Shown in pieces: positions 34,704 to 45,946 of a stretch of DNA of 46,061 nucleotides (the first letter of the stretch is position 1; each line of letters opens with the position of its first letter). Both the position numbers and the translations under genes were made by a program. The stretch is taken from NCBI GenBank assembly GCA_002269645.1, contig NIVC01002973.1, positions 1 through 46,061 on the forward strand, in the 5' to 3' direction. Source of the stretch: Macrostomum lignano. Lineage: Eukaryota. Below the pieces are notes generated by a model that saw only the letters and a list, made by a program, of their open reading frames with translations, did not search any database and was not told the DNA's origin.

Positions 34704-37700
34704 TTAAAAGTTTTTCTGAAACTGAGACTCGGTCTCTCGTTGGCTTTTCCATTTAATTGTCTGCTCGGGGCCTTCGGTTTGGCCCACCGACTCGCTGAAG
34801 TCTCCGCTGGCGATGCAGATTTTCACTATCACCTCGCGCTTGTTCACCTGTTCGCCGGTTTTCTCAGTTGTGATCAGCTTTCTTGTTACAATTCGCTTCT
34901 TGTTCACGAACTTCTTCGTGCTAGACGTTGTCTGGCTGGTGCTTGACTGGTTGGATGAATCCTGCCTTTGAACCTGCTGCTCAGCTTGCTGTTGCACCTG
35001 CAGCTGTTGCTGCATTTTCTGTTGCTTCTTTTGACGCCGCCGAGCGCTTTTGCTGGATGTTGAAGAGCCTGCAGCAGCGCTTGTAGTGCTCTCACTAGCG
35101 GTGGTCGCCGATATTGTCTCCTCCACCTCCGCCTCCGAGTCCTCCTCGTTAGCATTGTTAGCCTCCTGAACAGCTTGCTCAGAGGACATTTCAGCAGATG
35201 CTTCCACCGTTGACTGCTCAACCGAAGATTTTTCTACCGTTGACTGCTCAACCGAAGATGCTTCTACCGTTGACTGCTCAACCGAAGATGCTTCTACCGT
35301 TGACTGCTCAACCGAAGATGCTTCTACCGTTGACTGCTCAACCGAAGATGCTACTACCGTTGACTGCTCAACCGAAGATGCTTCTACCGTTGACTGCTCA
35401 ACCGAAGATGCTTCTACCGTTGACTGCTCAACCGAAGATGCTTCTACCGTTGACTGCTCAACCGAAGATGCTTCTACCGTTGACTGCTCAACCGAAGATG
35501 CTTCTTGCTTCTGATCGTCCGCCAGTTGCTGCTCGAACGGAACACCTGTGTCGGGGCCAAGCGGCTCTATGTGAACGGCTGTCACCTCCTCCTCGATTGG
35601 CTGTTGCTCTGCAGTGGCTGCCGCTCCCTCCATCAAACTGAAATTATGGTGTCATTTATTGCTGACGATGAATCAATGCATGTTTGTAGCGTGATTACAC
35701 TGTTTGGAGCGTGGGGAGATGTTGACTTCAAGTCACTTTGCTCATGGGTCTAAGTGGCGTTTTTTTGCTTATTATACATATCGCAAAGGCTTGAAAATTC
35801 TTCAAAGAGTGACTAGCCACTTGGTATTGGTTGGCCCATCGACTTTATCGGATTGGATCTTGAGTTCTATCCCAGGAAAAATCAAGTAGTCGAAGCGAAA
35901 TCAATAAAAATTCAAACCTTTCGTCTGCCTTTTCCTCCTCTCGTTTCTGATCGTCTAGCATTTGCTGTTCAAATGAGACGCCCGTGCCGGGACCTAACGG
36001 TCGCACGTAAGTGGCTGTCACCACTTCCTCAACTGGCAGTTCAACAGGAGTCTCCGAGGCTTCTGCTGTCTTTCCTTCCATTGAGCTGTAGAAATTTTGC
36101 AATTGGTGAGATCCTTGTAAGCTAAGTGTGGTCCTGACTCCTTTTGTTTATGGTAGGTTTCACTGAATTTTTACTGCTGTTCCTATCGAAGGGCAGAATA
36201 TGTACATCTGTGCATGTACGAGCGTATATCACAGAAGAATAGTGCTTTACCTGGCGGTCACCTCTTCTCGTTTCTGATCTTCAAGCAGCTGTTGTTCGAA
36301 AGACACACCAGTGTCAGGACCTAGCGGCCGCACGTTGACTGCCGTCACCTCCTCCTCGACGTCTCCGAGCTGCTCCGGCAGTTCTGCTCCCGACTGTGCC
36401 AGCTTCTCCCAATCGGCCAGGTTAGCATCTTCCTCCATCATGGCCAGAAAAGTGGCTTCTTGACCGCTTGTCGGTTCTTCGGCAGTGCCTTTCGGCTGTT
36501 CTTGCAGTTGCTTCTCCAGCGACACCTCGGTGCCGGGACCCTCTGGATCCGTGTGCTGCGCCACAATCGGAAGCTCTAGGCCAGCTGCTGGCTCGGCTTC
36601 GTCCATCAGCGACGCCCAGGCTGACACGGAATTCTCATCAATGGCGATGCTAAATCAGTAATAAAACATTTTAAGATTCAGCGGTTAATCTAGGCAACTT
36701 TCAATGCAATTTTTACGGTCTAACCTTGCTACGCCGGCTGTCTCAACGCCTTCCGCTCTGTCTGTCTTGGAGTCCAGCGTGCGCGATGATGCTACTGCCT
36801 GTTTCTCGGCTTGTGTGTGGCTTCGACTGAAATTGTCGGTACACTTTTTACCTCAATAGTAATGAAAAATAACTGAGTAGCACGTTATCTGCGTGTACGC
36901 TTACGTAAATGAAGCCTCTTCAACCTCGAATTGCTGCGGCAAACTCTCTTGCTGCGACTCCCAGCTCCAATCTTGCTGTTGCTGTTGTGCAAAATCGTTC
37001 TGTGGCACCAGCAGTTCCTGCTCCATGCGCTGCTGCTCCAGCAGTTCCTGCTCCATGCGCTGTTGCTCCAGCAGTTCCTGCTCCATGCGCTGTTGCTCCA
37101 GCAGTTCCTGCTCCTTGCGCTGCTGCTCCAGCAGTTCCTGCTCCATGCGCTGCTGCTCCAGCAGTTCCTGCTCCATGCGCTGTTGCTCCAGCAGTTCCTG
37201 CTCCATGCGCTGTTGCTCCAGCAGTTCCTGCTCCTTGCGCTGCTGCTCCAGCAGTTCCTGCTCCATGCGCTGCTGCTCCAGCAGTTCCTGCTCCTTGCGC
37301 TGCTGCTCCAGCAGTTCCTGCTCCTTGCGCTGCTGCTCCAGCAGTTCCTGCTCCTTGCGCTGCTGCTCCAGCAGTTCCTGCTCCTTGCGCTGCTGCTCCA
37401 GCAGTTCCTGCTCCTTGCGCTGCTGCTCCAGCAGTTCCTGCTCCTTGCGCTGCTGCTCCAGCAGTTCCTGTTGATTGCGCTGTTGCTCCAGCAGTTCCTG
37501 CTCCTTGCGCTGCTGCTCCAGCAGTTCCTGCTCCTTGCGCTGCTGCTCCAGCAGTTCCTGCTCCTTGCGCTGCTGCTCCAGCAGTTCCTGTTGATTGCGC
37601 TGTTGCTCCAGCAGTTCCTGCTCCTTGCGCTGCTGCTCCAGCAGTTCCTGCTCCTTGCGCTGCTGCTCCAGCAGTTCCTGCTCTTTGAGTTGTTGCTCCA

Positions 37701-37840
37701 GCAGTTCCTGCTCCTTGCGCTGCTGCTCCACTAGTCCCTGCTCCTGCGTCTGATTTATTTCATGCTGCTGTGTCTGCTGCCACTCTTGCTGCCAGCTTTG
37801 CTGCACAACCTCTTGCTGCCAGCTTTGCTGCGCACCCTCT

Positions 37841-37872
<32 letters not shown>

Positions 37873-39427
37873 TTGTTGTTGCTGCTGTGACTGCTGCCAG
37901 TTTTGCTGCACGATCTCTTGCTGCTGCTGTGACTGCTCGAGCAGCAGCAGATGCCGCACGTACTGCACGGTAGTCTGGCTTTCGCTTGCGCTAGCCAGTT
38001 CCACCAAGCCGCGCCCATCTGCGCACCTGTGCAGTCGGTTGGCCGAAAATTCAATCAGCAGTCGGAGTAGATCTAAGTGGCCTTTCAGAGCGGCCAAAGT
38101 TGCGGCTGAATGGCCATTGTCCTGACAGACGGCGTTCGGATCGGCTCCTGTGTGATGGTTTGCGTAGGATTTAAAAACGTAGAGCTAAATTCAACTATTA
38201 AAGAGAGTACGCTCGTATGTTTTCGCCATCAAGCTCAGTAGCTCGTAGCTATCGTTAAAAACTCACCGGCTTCGAGTAGGAGCTGGGCCACCCTGTAGCT
38301 GGCATTCTCGATGCACAATATCAAAGCCGTCTTGCCGTCCCTATTGGTGGCCGCTTTGTTCGCGCCGTGACGCAGAAGCAGCTGCGCCACCTCGAGGCTG
38401 TCAACCATGCCGCAGATCATCAGGGCGGTGAACTGGCCATTGCCGGCGGCGTTCGGGTCGGCTCCGTTGTCTAGCAGCAGAGCGGCAACGGAGTAGGCGT
38501 TGTTCTTGGCAGTGATCATTAGCGGCGTGACGGTGTCTCGGCGTTGCATCGACACGTTGGCCCCTCGCGTCAGCAGGAGGCTGGCCATCTCGGCGTGGTC
38601 GTACTGGCAGCACCACATCAGGGCAGTTTGGCCGTGCTGCTCGTTGCCGACGTCCGGGTTTGCCCTGGCCTCAAGGAGCACCTGTAGATTGGTATTGAAA
38701 CCTTATTGGATTTTTCTACGAGTGTAAGATTCTTCGTATATTTTATAGCGATTATTTCTGCGTCCATTAATTCATACGGCCTTCGCCTCTTTTTTATTGG
38801 AGGCAGGGGTCTGTGTGCACTTGGGCGCACTTAAAGCGACATTGTTACACAACCGGCGAGAGGCATTGCTGCCCATTCCACCGACTCATTCCGCGGATAC
38901 GTACGCAGTCATACGCACAGGCACACACCCACGCAGGAGTGTACAGCGGCCCTAACCGTATTTATCGTTAGTCCTCAAGGGCGTTAATTGCACGAGAAGA
39001 GCCAAGCCGAGATTCCAATTTAGCCCCAAGTTAATGCGACTGCGCTTGGAATCGAGCCTGGGTCGCTGGCACGTAAGAACGCCGCGCTATAGCACACAAG
39101 GCTACGGCTCCCATCTCCCCCTCTTACCTGAGCCACTCCAATCGAGTTGTACTGCGCCGCAATCATCAGGGCCGTACAGCCGAGAGAATCTTCTCGCGCC
39201 TCAACTTGAGCGCCCTTCTCCAGCAGCAGCAGCGCCGCCTCCCAGCGATCCTTGAACGCCGTGGCTATCAGCGGCGTCCTACGGAATTCGCTCTCGCGCT
39301 CGTTGACATCCGCGCCAGCCGCCAGCATCTGTCGAAGTTCTTCTAGCCGGCCGAAATAGGCCGCCCAGTAGAGGACGTCGGATGTGCTCTCGCCTGGCGT
39401 CTGCTCTCTGCTGCCGCCAAGTCCCAT
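34704..39427 (-). CDS. Ankyrin-repeat protein (8-9 ANK repeats) with predicted N-myristoylation motif, polyQ, 24x EQQRKEQELL, acidic repeat modules and 10x EASSVEQSTV; 7 coding exons, about 1186 aa
   Basis: Exons (minus strand) 39427-39128, 38681-38267, 38147-36905, 36826-36725, 36649-36251, 36085-35918, 35637-34704. All GT-AG, phases 0,1,2,2,2,2, total 3561 nt open. ANK consensus repeats such as GCTALMIAAQYN, GQTALMWCC, TVTPLMITAKNN, GKTALILC...GADPN. N-terminus MGLGGS. Confidence 0.85.
35205..35504 (-). repeat. Coding 30-bp repeat, 10x EASSVEQSTV
   Basis: Direct reading within the last exon. Confidence 0.95.
37009..37728 (-). repeat. Coding 30-bp repeat, 24x EQQR(K/M)EQELL
   Basis: Direct reading: 720 nt within exon 3. 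Confidence 0.95.
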
Positions 39428-41252
39428 GACGGATGCGCGCTGTTGGACTGCGATAGGCGCTGAAATGCGTGAACACTGCTCATTACGTTATGACTCTTCT
39501 TGTGGTTTTTGAAGACTTACCAACGATCTGTGCAAGGTTGTTAACCTTGAAGTATTGAACTATAATTTTCCGCTCATAGCAGTGGCTTAAACTACGCTCG
39601 TAACTTACGATTTGTTATGTGATAGACATCTTTATCCAAAGATTATGTTCATGCACATAAGCCACTTACATTAAGCTTCAATGTTGCCGGTAGTTCAAGC
39701 AGTTTCCTTCAAGCCTTAGAATTAAGCATTCGGAACTCAATGCTTCTCCGACGCAGTCTCTCCCTCCCTGCCCTGAGGCTTGTTTTAAATGCTATTTTTT
39801 CGCTTCTTTCTTTTGCAGCCGCCTTCTATGACTGAGCAATACTTAATGCTCAGGCTCAGCGAACCAACCCCCCCCCCTCGGGCACGCACCAGACTCGTGT
39901 GCGCAATGCCATCGCAATGCGTGCCACAAGCAGCCTAAAAACTTAGTCAACGACGAGATTGACGATGCATTTTAAAGGCAGAGAGAGAGAGGGGGACGAC
40001 AGGGTATATACAATTGTGAACATTTCAGCTAGGTAAAGAGGTTCGGTTTGAGCATGCATAAGAGAGCAGTTCAGCTCAAATCAAATGGTATAAGCAAGAG
40101 CTGACTGACTGCCAGCCTGCCGGGGGCAACCAGAGAATAAAACACAAGGAAACAATGCTGCGAAATTATTGCCAAAAGATTTAACCAGCAGAGGGGGTAT
40201 ATGCGCAAGAGAGAGAGAGAGAGACCACAGGCAATACAAGCGGCTAGACTGGCAAAGTAAAATATGCATGAAAAAAGAGTCTCGTTTTTCTGACAACAAA
40301 ACCACTTCCAGTGCGGCAAGTTTGTTTCTTAGTACGTTTTATTTAAGGTACGACGCGAATATTGAAATGAAAAATACGTTGAATAAGCCACCTTACTCAC
40401 CTTACTCTTAAGGCTTTATCTTCCTATAGTACTATGAGTAGACATGATTTTCCCTTAAAATTCTAGAAATCCTTTCAAAAAAAAGAGTAAAATTGCCGGC
40501 ATTTCAACAAAAATAACAGCTGCTAGTATCTGAAGCTCGCTGGAATTCGAGTATAATAAATACGACGAGGATGAATATTTACTTCGATGCTACTACTACC
40601 ACGATAATAAGTAGCTACATTCGGAATTTAGGTGATTTCTAAAATCTTTAAATTAAATTACAACATGCATTAAGACAAAAATGAAATGTACATCAATCTC
40701 AATTGACTTTAGCGTACTATTTCGCTTCCGTAATAAAAATACGTAATCTTTACCAAAAGCGTGTAGCAATAAATATTAGCGCAAAAAATGTGTTCTCTAA
40801 AAATATGACAGAAGACGCACTTTACCGTCGCTTGCAGAAAATAAATAAACCACAGGTATAATAATAACTTTAAAAAGCAGATAAAATTACAGCAGAAAAC
40901 ATGATTTTAATGTTTAATTCACACTGAAAAGTGTGAGCTCACAAAAATGGGGAGTGATGATTTGGCTCACCGCAGAGTGAACTGGTTAATGAACCAGTAT
41001 CTTAATCCAAAAAGACAGGGCTTGGCATACCCCGTCAGCTTTTACTGGCGGAGGGGAATGCCCCTGTCTCCCGCAAAAATCAAAATATACAAATATGCAT
41101 CTGTAGGATTTGATAAAGATAAAGCGTGAAATTCTCGATGAGATACGGTTATTAGCGATTATTTACAAGTTACATGTAAGTCGGTCTCAGAGCTTTGAGT
41201 AACCGCGCAGAATCTGTGGTCATCCAATAACCAACAGTCGCTGGCTCTGAAC

Positions 41253-43080
41253 TTAATTTTTCCCGACGAAAAAAGGAATAAACCGCACAATCAAGTGGAG
41301 CGGAGCAGACTTCTTTAACTCGTACTGTATCAGACTGTCGCAGTTCACGCACTGCTTCTTGGCCCTCTCCTGGCACTGCTGATTCGAACTGCTGTCCAAC
41401 GCCAGTTCCTCGTCCGAGTCGCAGCTGTATTGCCGGTCTGGAACGTCGCTGAACCGGCACAGGCAGCTGTCGCTCCAGTTCAGCAAACTTGGCAGCGGCG
41501 TCAGCTTGATATCAGTCGACAGCTGCTCAAAGTAGCTGCTCAGCCTGGCTACAGTCAGGTCGGTGATTCGTTCTCCCGACTCGGCGAAGTTTTCCAAGTA
41601 GGTCGATATGGCCGCTCTGTTCACCTGCTTGGACGAGATTGTCTCGCGAAGAATGTTCTCGCTCGGCATGAAGTAGTTCGGAATGAAGCCGTTGGCTGCG
41701 CATGTCATGAGCAGCTCGATGGTTGATTCGACAAGCTGCAGCAGTGACAGCTGCTCGTGTTCCGATTGCAACAGAAGCCACAGGTAGCAGGTCTTGGCAT
41801 GGTAGGACTTGAAACCCGCCGGCTTTAGGTAGCGATGGCAGACCTTCTTCAGCAGAGCGTAGCCGGCTCCGAGCTTTGGCGAGAGCTCTTCAATTAGTCG
41901 GCACTCGATTTCGTTGTATGAGTAGCGCCAGGTATGCGAGTACTGCTTGCTTCGGCCTTTGTACGCACCAATGGGAACTATGTGGATCGGAGCGCTTCCC
42001 ACTCGCTTGCTGATGCCAAGAGGGCTGGTGGTCTGTCGGATGACCCACTCTTTCAGCAGCCACGGCCGGTTCCTGCAAACGTATTCATATTTTATGTTTG
42101 ATGGCTGACAAGCGAGGTACCAAGATTACCAAGAGGCTCCAATCCTCGTACATGTATATTTGAATATGGTCAAATCAAGAAATCACTCACTTCAGCGCTA
42201 TGGTGCAGACAAAGTCAACCTCTCGGTGTTCCTCGCGTCCACCCACGATGAAGCAGTAGTCATGCGTCACGGCCGGCCCGTGCTCGTGAATTCGCGACCG
42301 GGTCCCGGGCTCGAGCTTGCCCTGCGACAACAGCGCGTTACTATTCGCCAATCGCCAATCGCTAAATTTCTTGCGAAACTTGCCCGGACTGAGTACTTTA
42401 GAAGTGGCGCTCGCGTCGGTGAAGCGACGTCCACGACGGAACAGTTCGGACTTGCCTTTCCGCCTGTAGATTTTGGCTACCATGGATGGCCGCGTCAGCT
42501 GACAGAAACCGGGCACAATATTTATGACTTCCAGTCCGGCTGGACGCTTCTTAGTCAGCACCAAGTCGATGTCGGACGTGTCCTGGAAGCCCCAAACCTC
42601 GCGGACGCTGCCTTGAAAGCGATAGCCAGAGGGCAACTGGTTGGACCGCATTATCTCGCGACACTCTTCAATAGCCAGCATCTCGTGGTCAACCCGCTCC
42701 TCGATGAGTCTGCTGAGTCGATTCAGCTCGTTTGCATTCGTTCTGGACTTAACTGTGTAGATTGACTGTTTAGCCGCATCGTTCATCGCTTCAGCTCGCG
42801 TGAAGTGCACTACAAACAGCTCCCGTCCATTTGCCGGCATGCATTCCCAATTTTTCAGGCACTCCGGTTCTTTCGGGGATCTTTCGCCGCTTAATTTGTT
42901 AGTGGCATCGCTTTGCTGAGTTGGTTTGCTGCCGCTGGCTGCATTCTGCTTGCCTCTTCGCCTTCTTCCAGAGGGAGCTTTCTCGAGGCTCTTCTGCTGC
43001 TGCCAGACCTTTTGCAGGTGCTGACGCTGTGGACTGGCCAGATCGGCCAAAAATCCCATTACGGGGCCGAACGCCTGCAT
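41253..43080 (-). CDS. Mab-21-fold nucleotidyltransferase / cGAS-like receptor (cGLR), 2 coding exons, about 569 aa
   Basis: Exons 43080-42191 and 42072-41253, joined by a 118-nt GT-AG phase-2 intron in frame. Motifs QGSVRE...DID (42615-42565), VDFV (D at 42216-42214), WRYSYNEIE, FKSYHAKT, NGFIPNYFMPSENIL. The listed ORF start at 43104 is TTG; the first in-frame ATG is at 43080. The true start and the C-terminal end are uncertain. Confidence 0.85.
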
Positions 43081-43121
43081 CTCAGAAATCTCTTTAGCCG
43101 TCAATGGTGGGTAAGATCATG

Positions 43122-43152
<31 letters not shown>
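43122..43152. repeat. (TC)n/(GA)n microsatellite just upstream of the cGLR start
   Basis: Direct reading. Confidence 0.85.
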
Positions 43153-43153
<1 letters not shown>

Positions 43154-43532
43154 GACTTTCCTAAGTTTGTTACTAAATTTATCGCGTTGAGGCGCTTTGT
43201 AGAAATCTATTGACCAATCACCGCTTTACAGCGCTGGTTTTTACTTTTCAAACGAAGCACACATCAGCACGATAAAGTTTGGTAATATCAATTCATTGGG
43301 CGCAGCACGAGCTAATACCAGGCACTCCAGGCCATAGGATGACTAATGGTGTACGAGCTATTTTTAGTAACAGGTATGGGCTACGGGGTACGAGTTTGCT
43401 GGAGTTGGCTCTGGTTCCACTGTCCACCTAGCGTACTATTGACTCCACTGCTCTGCAAGAACGGACCGCTATGCACGCTGCGCTTTTACTTGGAAACTCC
43501 GAGTTAAAAATGAGACGGCTGAGGCACAGGCG

Positions 43533-43542
43533 CTAAAAATAG
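43533..43542. promoter_or_regulatory. MEF2 consensus site CTAAAAATAG upstream of the paramyosin gene
   Basis: Exact match to CTA(A/T)4TAG. E-boxes CAGCTG lie at about 43706 and 44933. Function is inferred only from the muscle-gene context. Confidence 0.3.
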
Positions 43543-45838
43543 AATCAGACTTGAAGGAGCGAAAGTACTGCATAAACTAGTATAGGCTGAAAATGTAACT
43601 GTCCTATTTTGGTCTCTTTATAAGCTCTACATTATGTAGCTTAATGTTGACTTACTTGACCTAACTGCAGGGGTCCAGGCATCCTAATACAGCGGGGAGG
43701 CGTCGCAGCTGGTGCTGCGGTGTCGCGCAGGGAGATCCGGTGGTCCAGAAGGTGTTAGCTTTATGTTGTTAGCACATCATTAAGTGTTTTCAAGTCTAGA
43801 ATATACTGTAGTTTAAGCAAGTAAACTTAGTATTAAGCTAAAAAAATTGCAAAAATGTTAATACAATATTAACAAACCGTATTGATAGTATTATAGCCTA
43901 CCTAAACCATAAAAACATAAAATAGCTACATATATAAAGTGTCTATATGGCAAAGCAAACAAGGCCAAGAATTCACAGAATTCCTGCAGTTTTACCCTAG
44001 TGTAATATAGGGTAGCAGCCTTGAGCTTTGATAGAAATACAGAATGTGATTTGCGACATCCTGCACCTTAAGAACTACAAAATCTTTGAACTTGCCAAAC
44101 CTAGCTATAGTATTTTAACTTTTTCTTGTTGCTTATAATGTTGTAGTTCTCAAAAATCAGAACCAAAGTTGATCACTAAGTGTTAAAATAAAATATAGTA
44201 TAGAAAATTATATTTTCGATATTTGAACTTCTTCATGCGTCATTCAGAATCACGGCAGTTTGAATAGGGAATTTAATGGTGCAGTGAAATTATATACAGC
44301 CCAACATTCTATCTGGAGGCGATAGAAAGATTTAATACCCCTAGGACAGGGACGTGTACAGGCGGCTTTAAAATTTCTGCGCTCCATCATGTAAGCTGCA
44401 GCCGACGCTGCCACCAACCCCTTTACCGGGGGCTTGGAAAATCATGCTAGCACTGAAACGCGTCGTCTAAAAGAACGGAACGAATTTTTTGGGAGAGATT
44501 TGCAGCGGTAGAAAGTGAAGTAGACGGACAGAGAGGCACAGAAGCGGAGAGGAAGGGAGCGGCACACGCACTGACCTTTTGCGTCAATGGATGATTCGGC
44601 AAAACTCCTTCGGGCAAAATGTGTGCCTGCACAGCCCCTCATAGCACCGCTGGTGATTCGGTGTACAATGGTAAAGGTGTATAAATGGATTGATCGCAGC
44701 TGCGGCCCCTCGACTCCCCTACGCATAGATTCGGTGCCCTTAGAGCCTGCAGCTCCATCTGATCCTCTGAACCGCGTTCAATTGCTGACTGGATCCATCT
44801 CTGGAGCTTTTGTCTGAGTTTTTCCGGTATAAACCACAGCATAAAGAAAGTTAACGATACTCAATAGTTTAAGTGGAATCACCTTTTTCTTCCTTTCTAA
44901 GAAAGAATTGCAATCGTATTTTTATCGGAAAACAGCTGACGTGCCAATTAAAGTTCAGCCTCAATTAGTTTTCCCCAATTTCGTCTCGACACAAAGAGAA
45001 CAAAAGAGAGCATCCGATAGGAAAGGACTGTCATGAGTCGGTCAAAAGTTGAAAAGTGAGTCGATATCGTGCTGCATGCGTGAAAAAAAGTATTTTAAAG
45101 TTTCTTGGTTTTAAATCAGTTAATCTAGAAAAGTTTCCTTAGCTTTATAAGGCCTATCATTAAATTGCGTGTATTTGTACTTTTATATCCGCCACCAAGT
45201 TTCCGTCATAACTAGCGCGGAAGCTCATAATGAGATATGCAGGTGAAACCAATTGACAAAGCCAGGGCAGTGCACTATGCTGTACAGAGGAAGCCTACAG
45301 GGCAGCAAAAATCAATGCCGAACCTTCCCTACGCCTACCGCGACCCGCTCCGACTCGGCCGAAAGTGAAGGAAGTTAGGGGGGGGGAGTGAGGGAAGGAG
45401 GAGAATTGGGCAGTAAGACCGAGTACACTGGCTAATGGAATGGAACAGCTCGCAGGTAAGGCAGGCGGAACCGATGTAGCAGTGGTTCGGTTGTTGGAAC
45501 ATTTGAATTTTTCGCCTGGCCTTCTGCTGCACGGCTCGGTTGGCTCGCGCGGAAGGTTAGAAAGTATAGAACGAAAGAAATATGGGTTGGAATCCGATGG
45601 CTTCAGCTCCCCTAAGTCTGAGGGAAGAGTGAGGGGCCAGATGGCGTGGCTAGTTAACTGCGGACACGGTCTGGTGGCTAAAAACGAAGAACGTCCAGCG
45701 CAGGTTTTTTTAAGGCTAGCAGTTTTTTCGCAACCATTTTTTGTTTCGTCTCTTTTCTGCAGATCCTTTTCGTTTTTCTGATACTCTTTTTTAAAAATTA
45801 ATTGTGCTCTACCCGACCGTAGAACTACTGAGATCACG

Positions 45839-45946
45839 ATGAGTTCCGGAGGCGGCAGTAGGAGCTCCAGGATGGAGTCCAGCACCACAACACTGTCTCG
45901 ACAGGTGTACAGGGGACTGTCGCCCAACAGCCAGTCGAGACTGGAG
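45839..45946 (+). CDS. Prm: Paramyosin, first coding exon (gene continues beyond the window)
   Basis: MSSGGGSRSSRMESSTTTLSRQVYRGLSPNSQSRLE|GTAATT resembles the Schistosoma/mollusc paramyosin N-terminus ([25 protein letters not shown]). Acceptor CCGTAG at 45822. A possible upstream non-coding exon ends at 45455 (CAG|GTAAGG). This exon is not in the supplied ORF track. Confidence 0.75.

Noticed and set aside
36893-37734. Plus-strand Cys-rich (SSSSCSLRCC) and CAAAPAVPAP ORFs resembling keratin-associated proteins or metallothionein
   Set aside because: Antisense shadows of the EQQRKEQELL repeat. The minus strand has the splice-consistent ankyrin gene.
45295-45927. 210-aa minus ORF and 113-aa plus ORF at 45440
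   Set aside because: No recognisable domain. They overlap the paramyosin 5' region, and the ATG at 45440 spliced to 45823 would hit a stop after a few codons.
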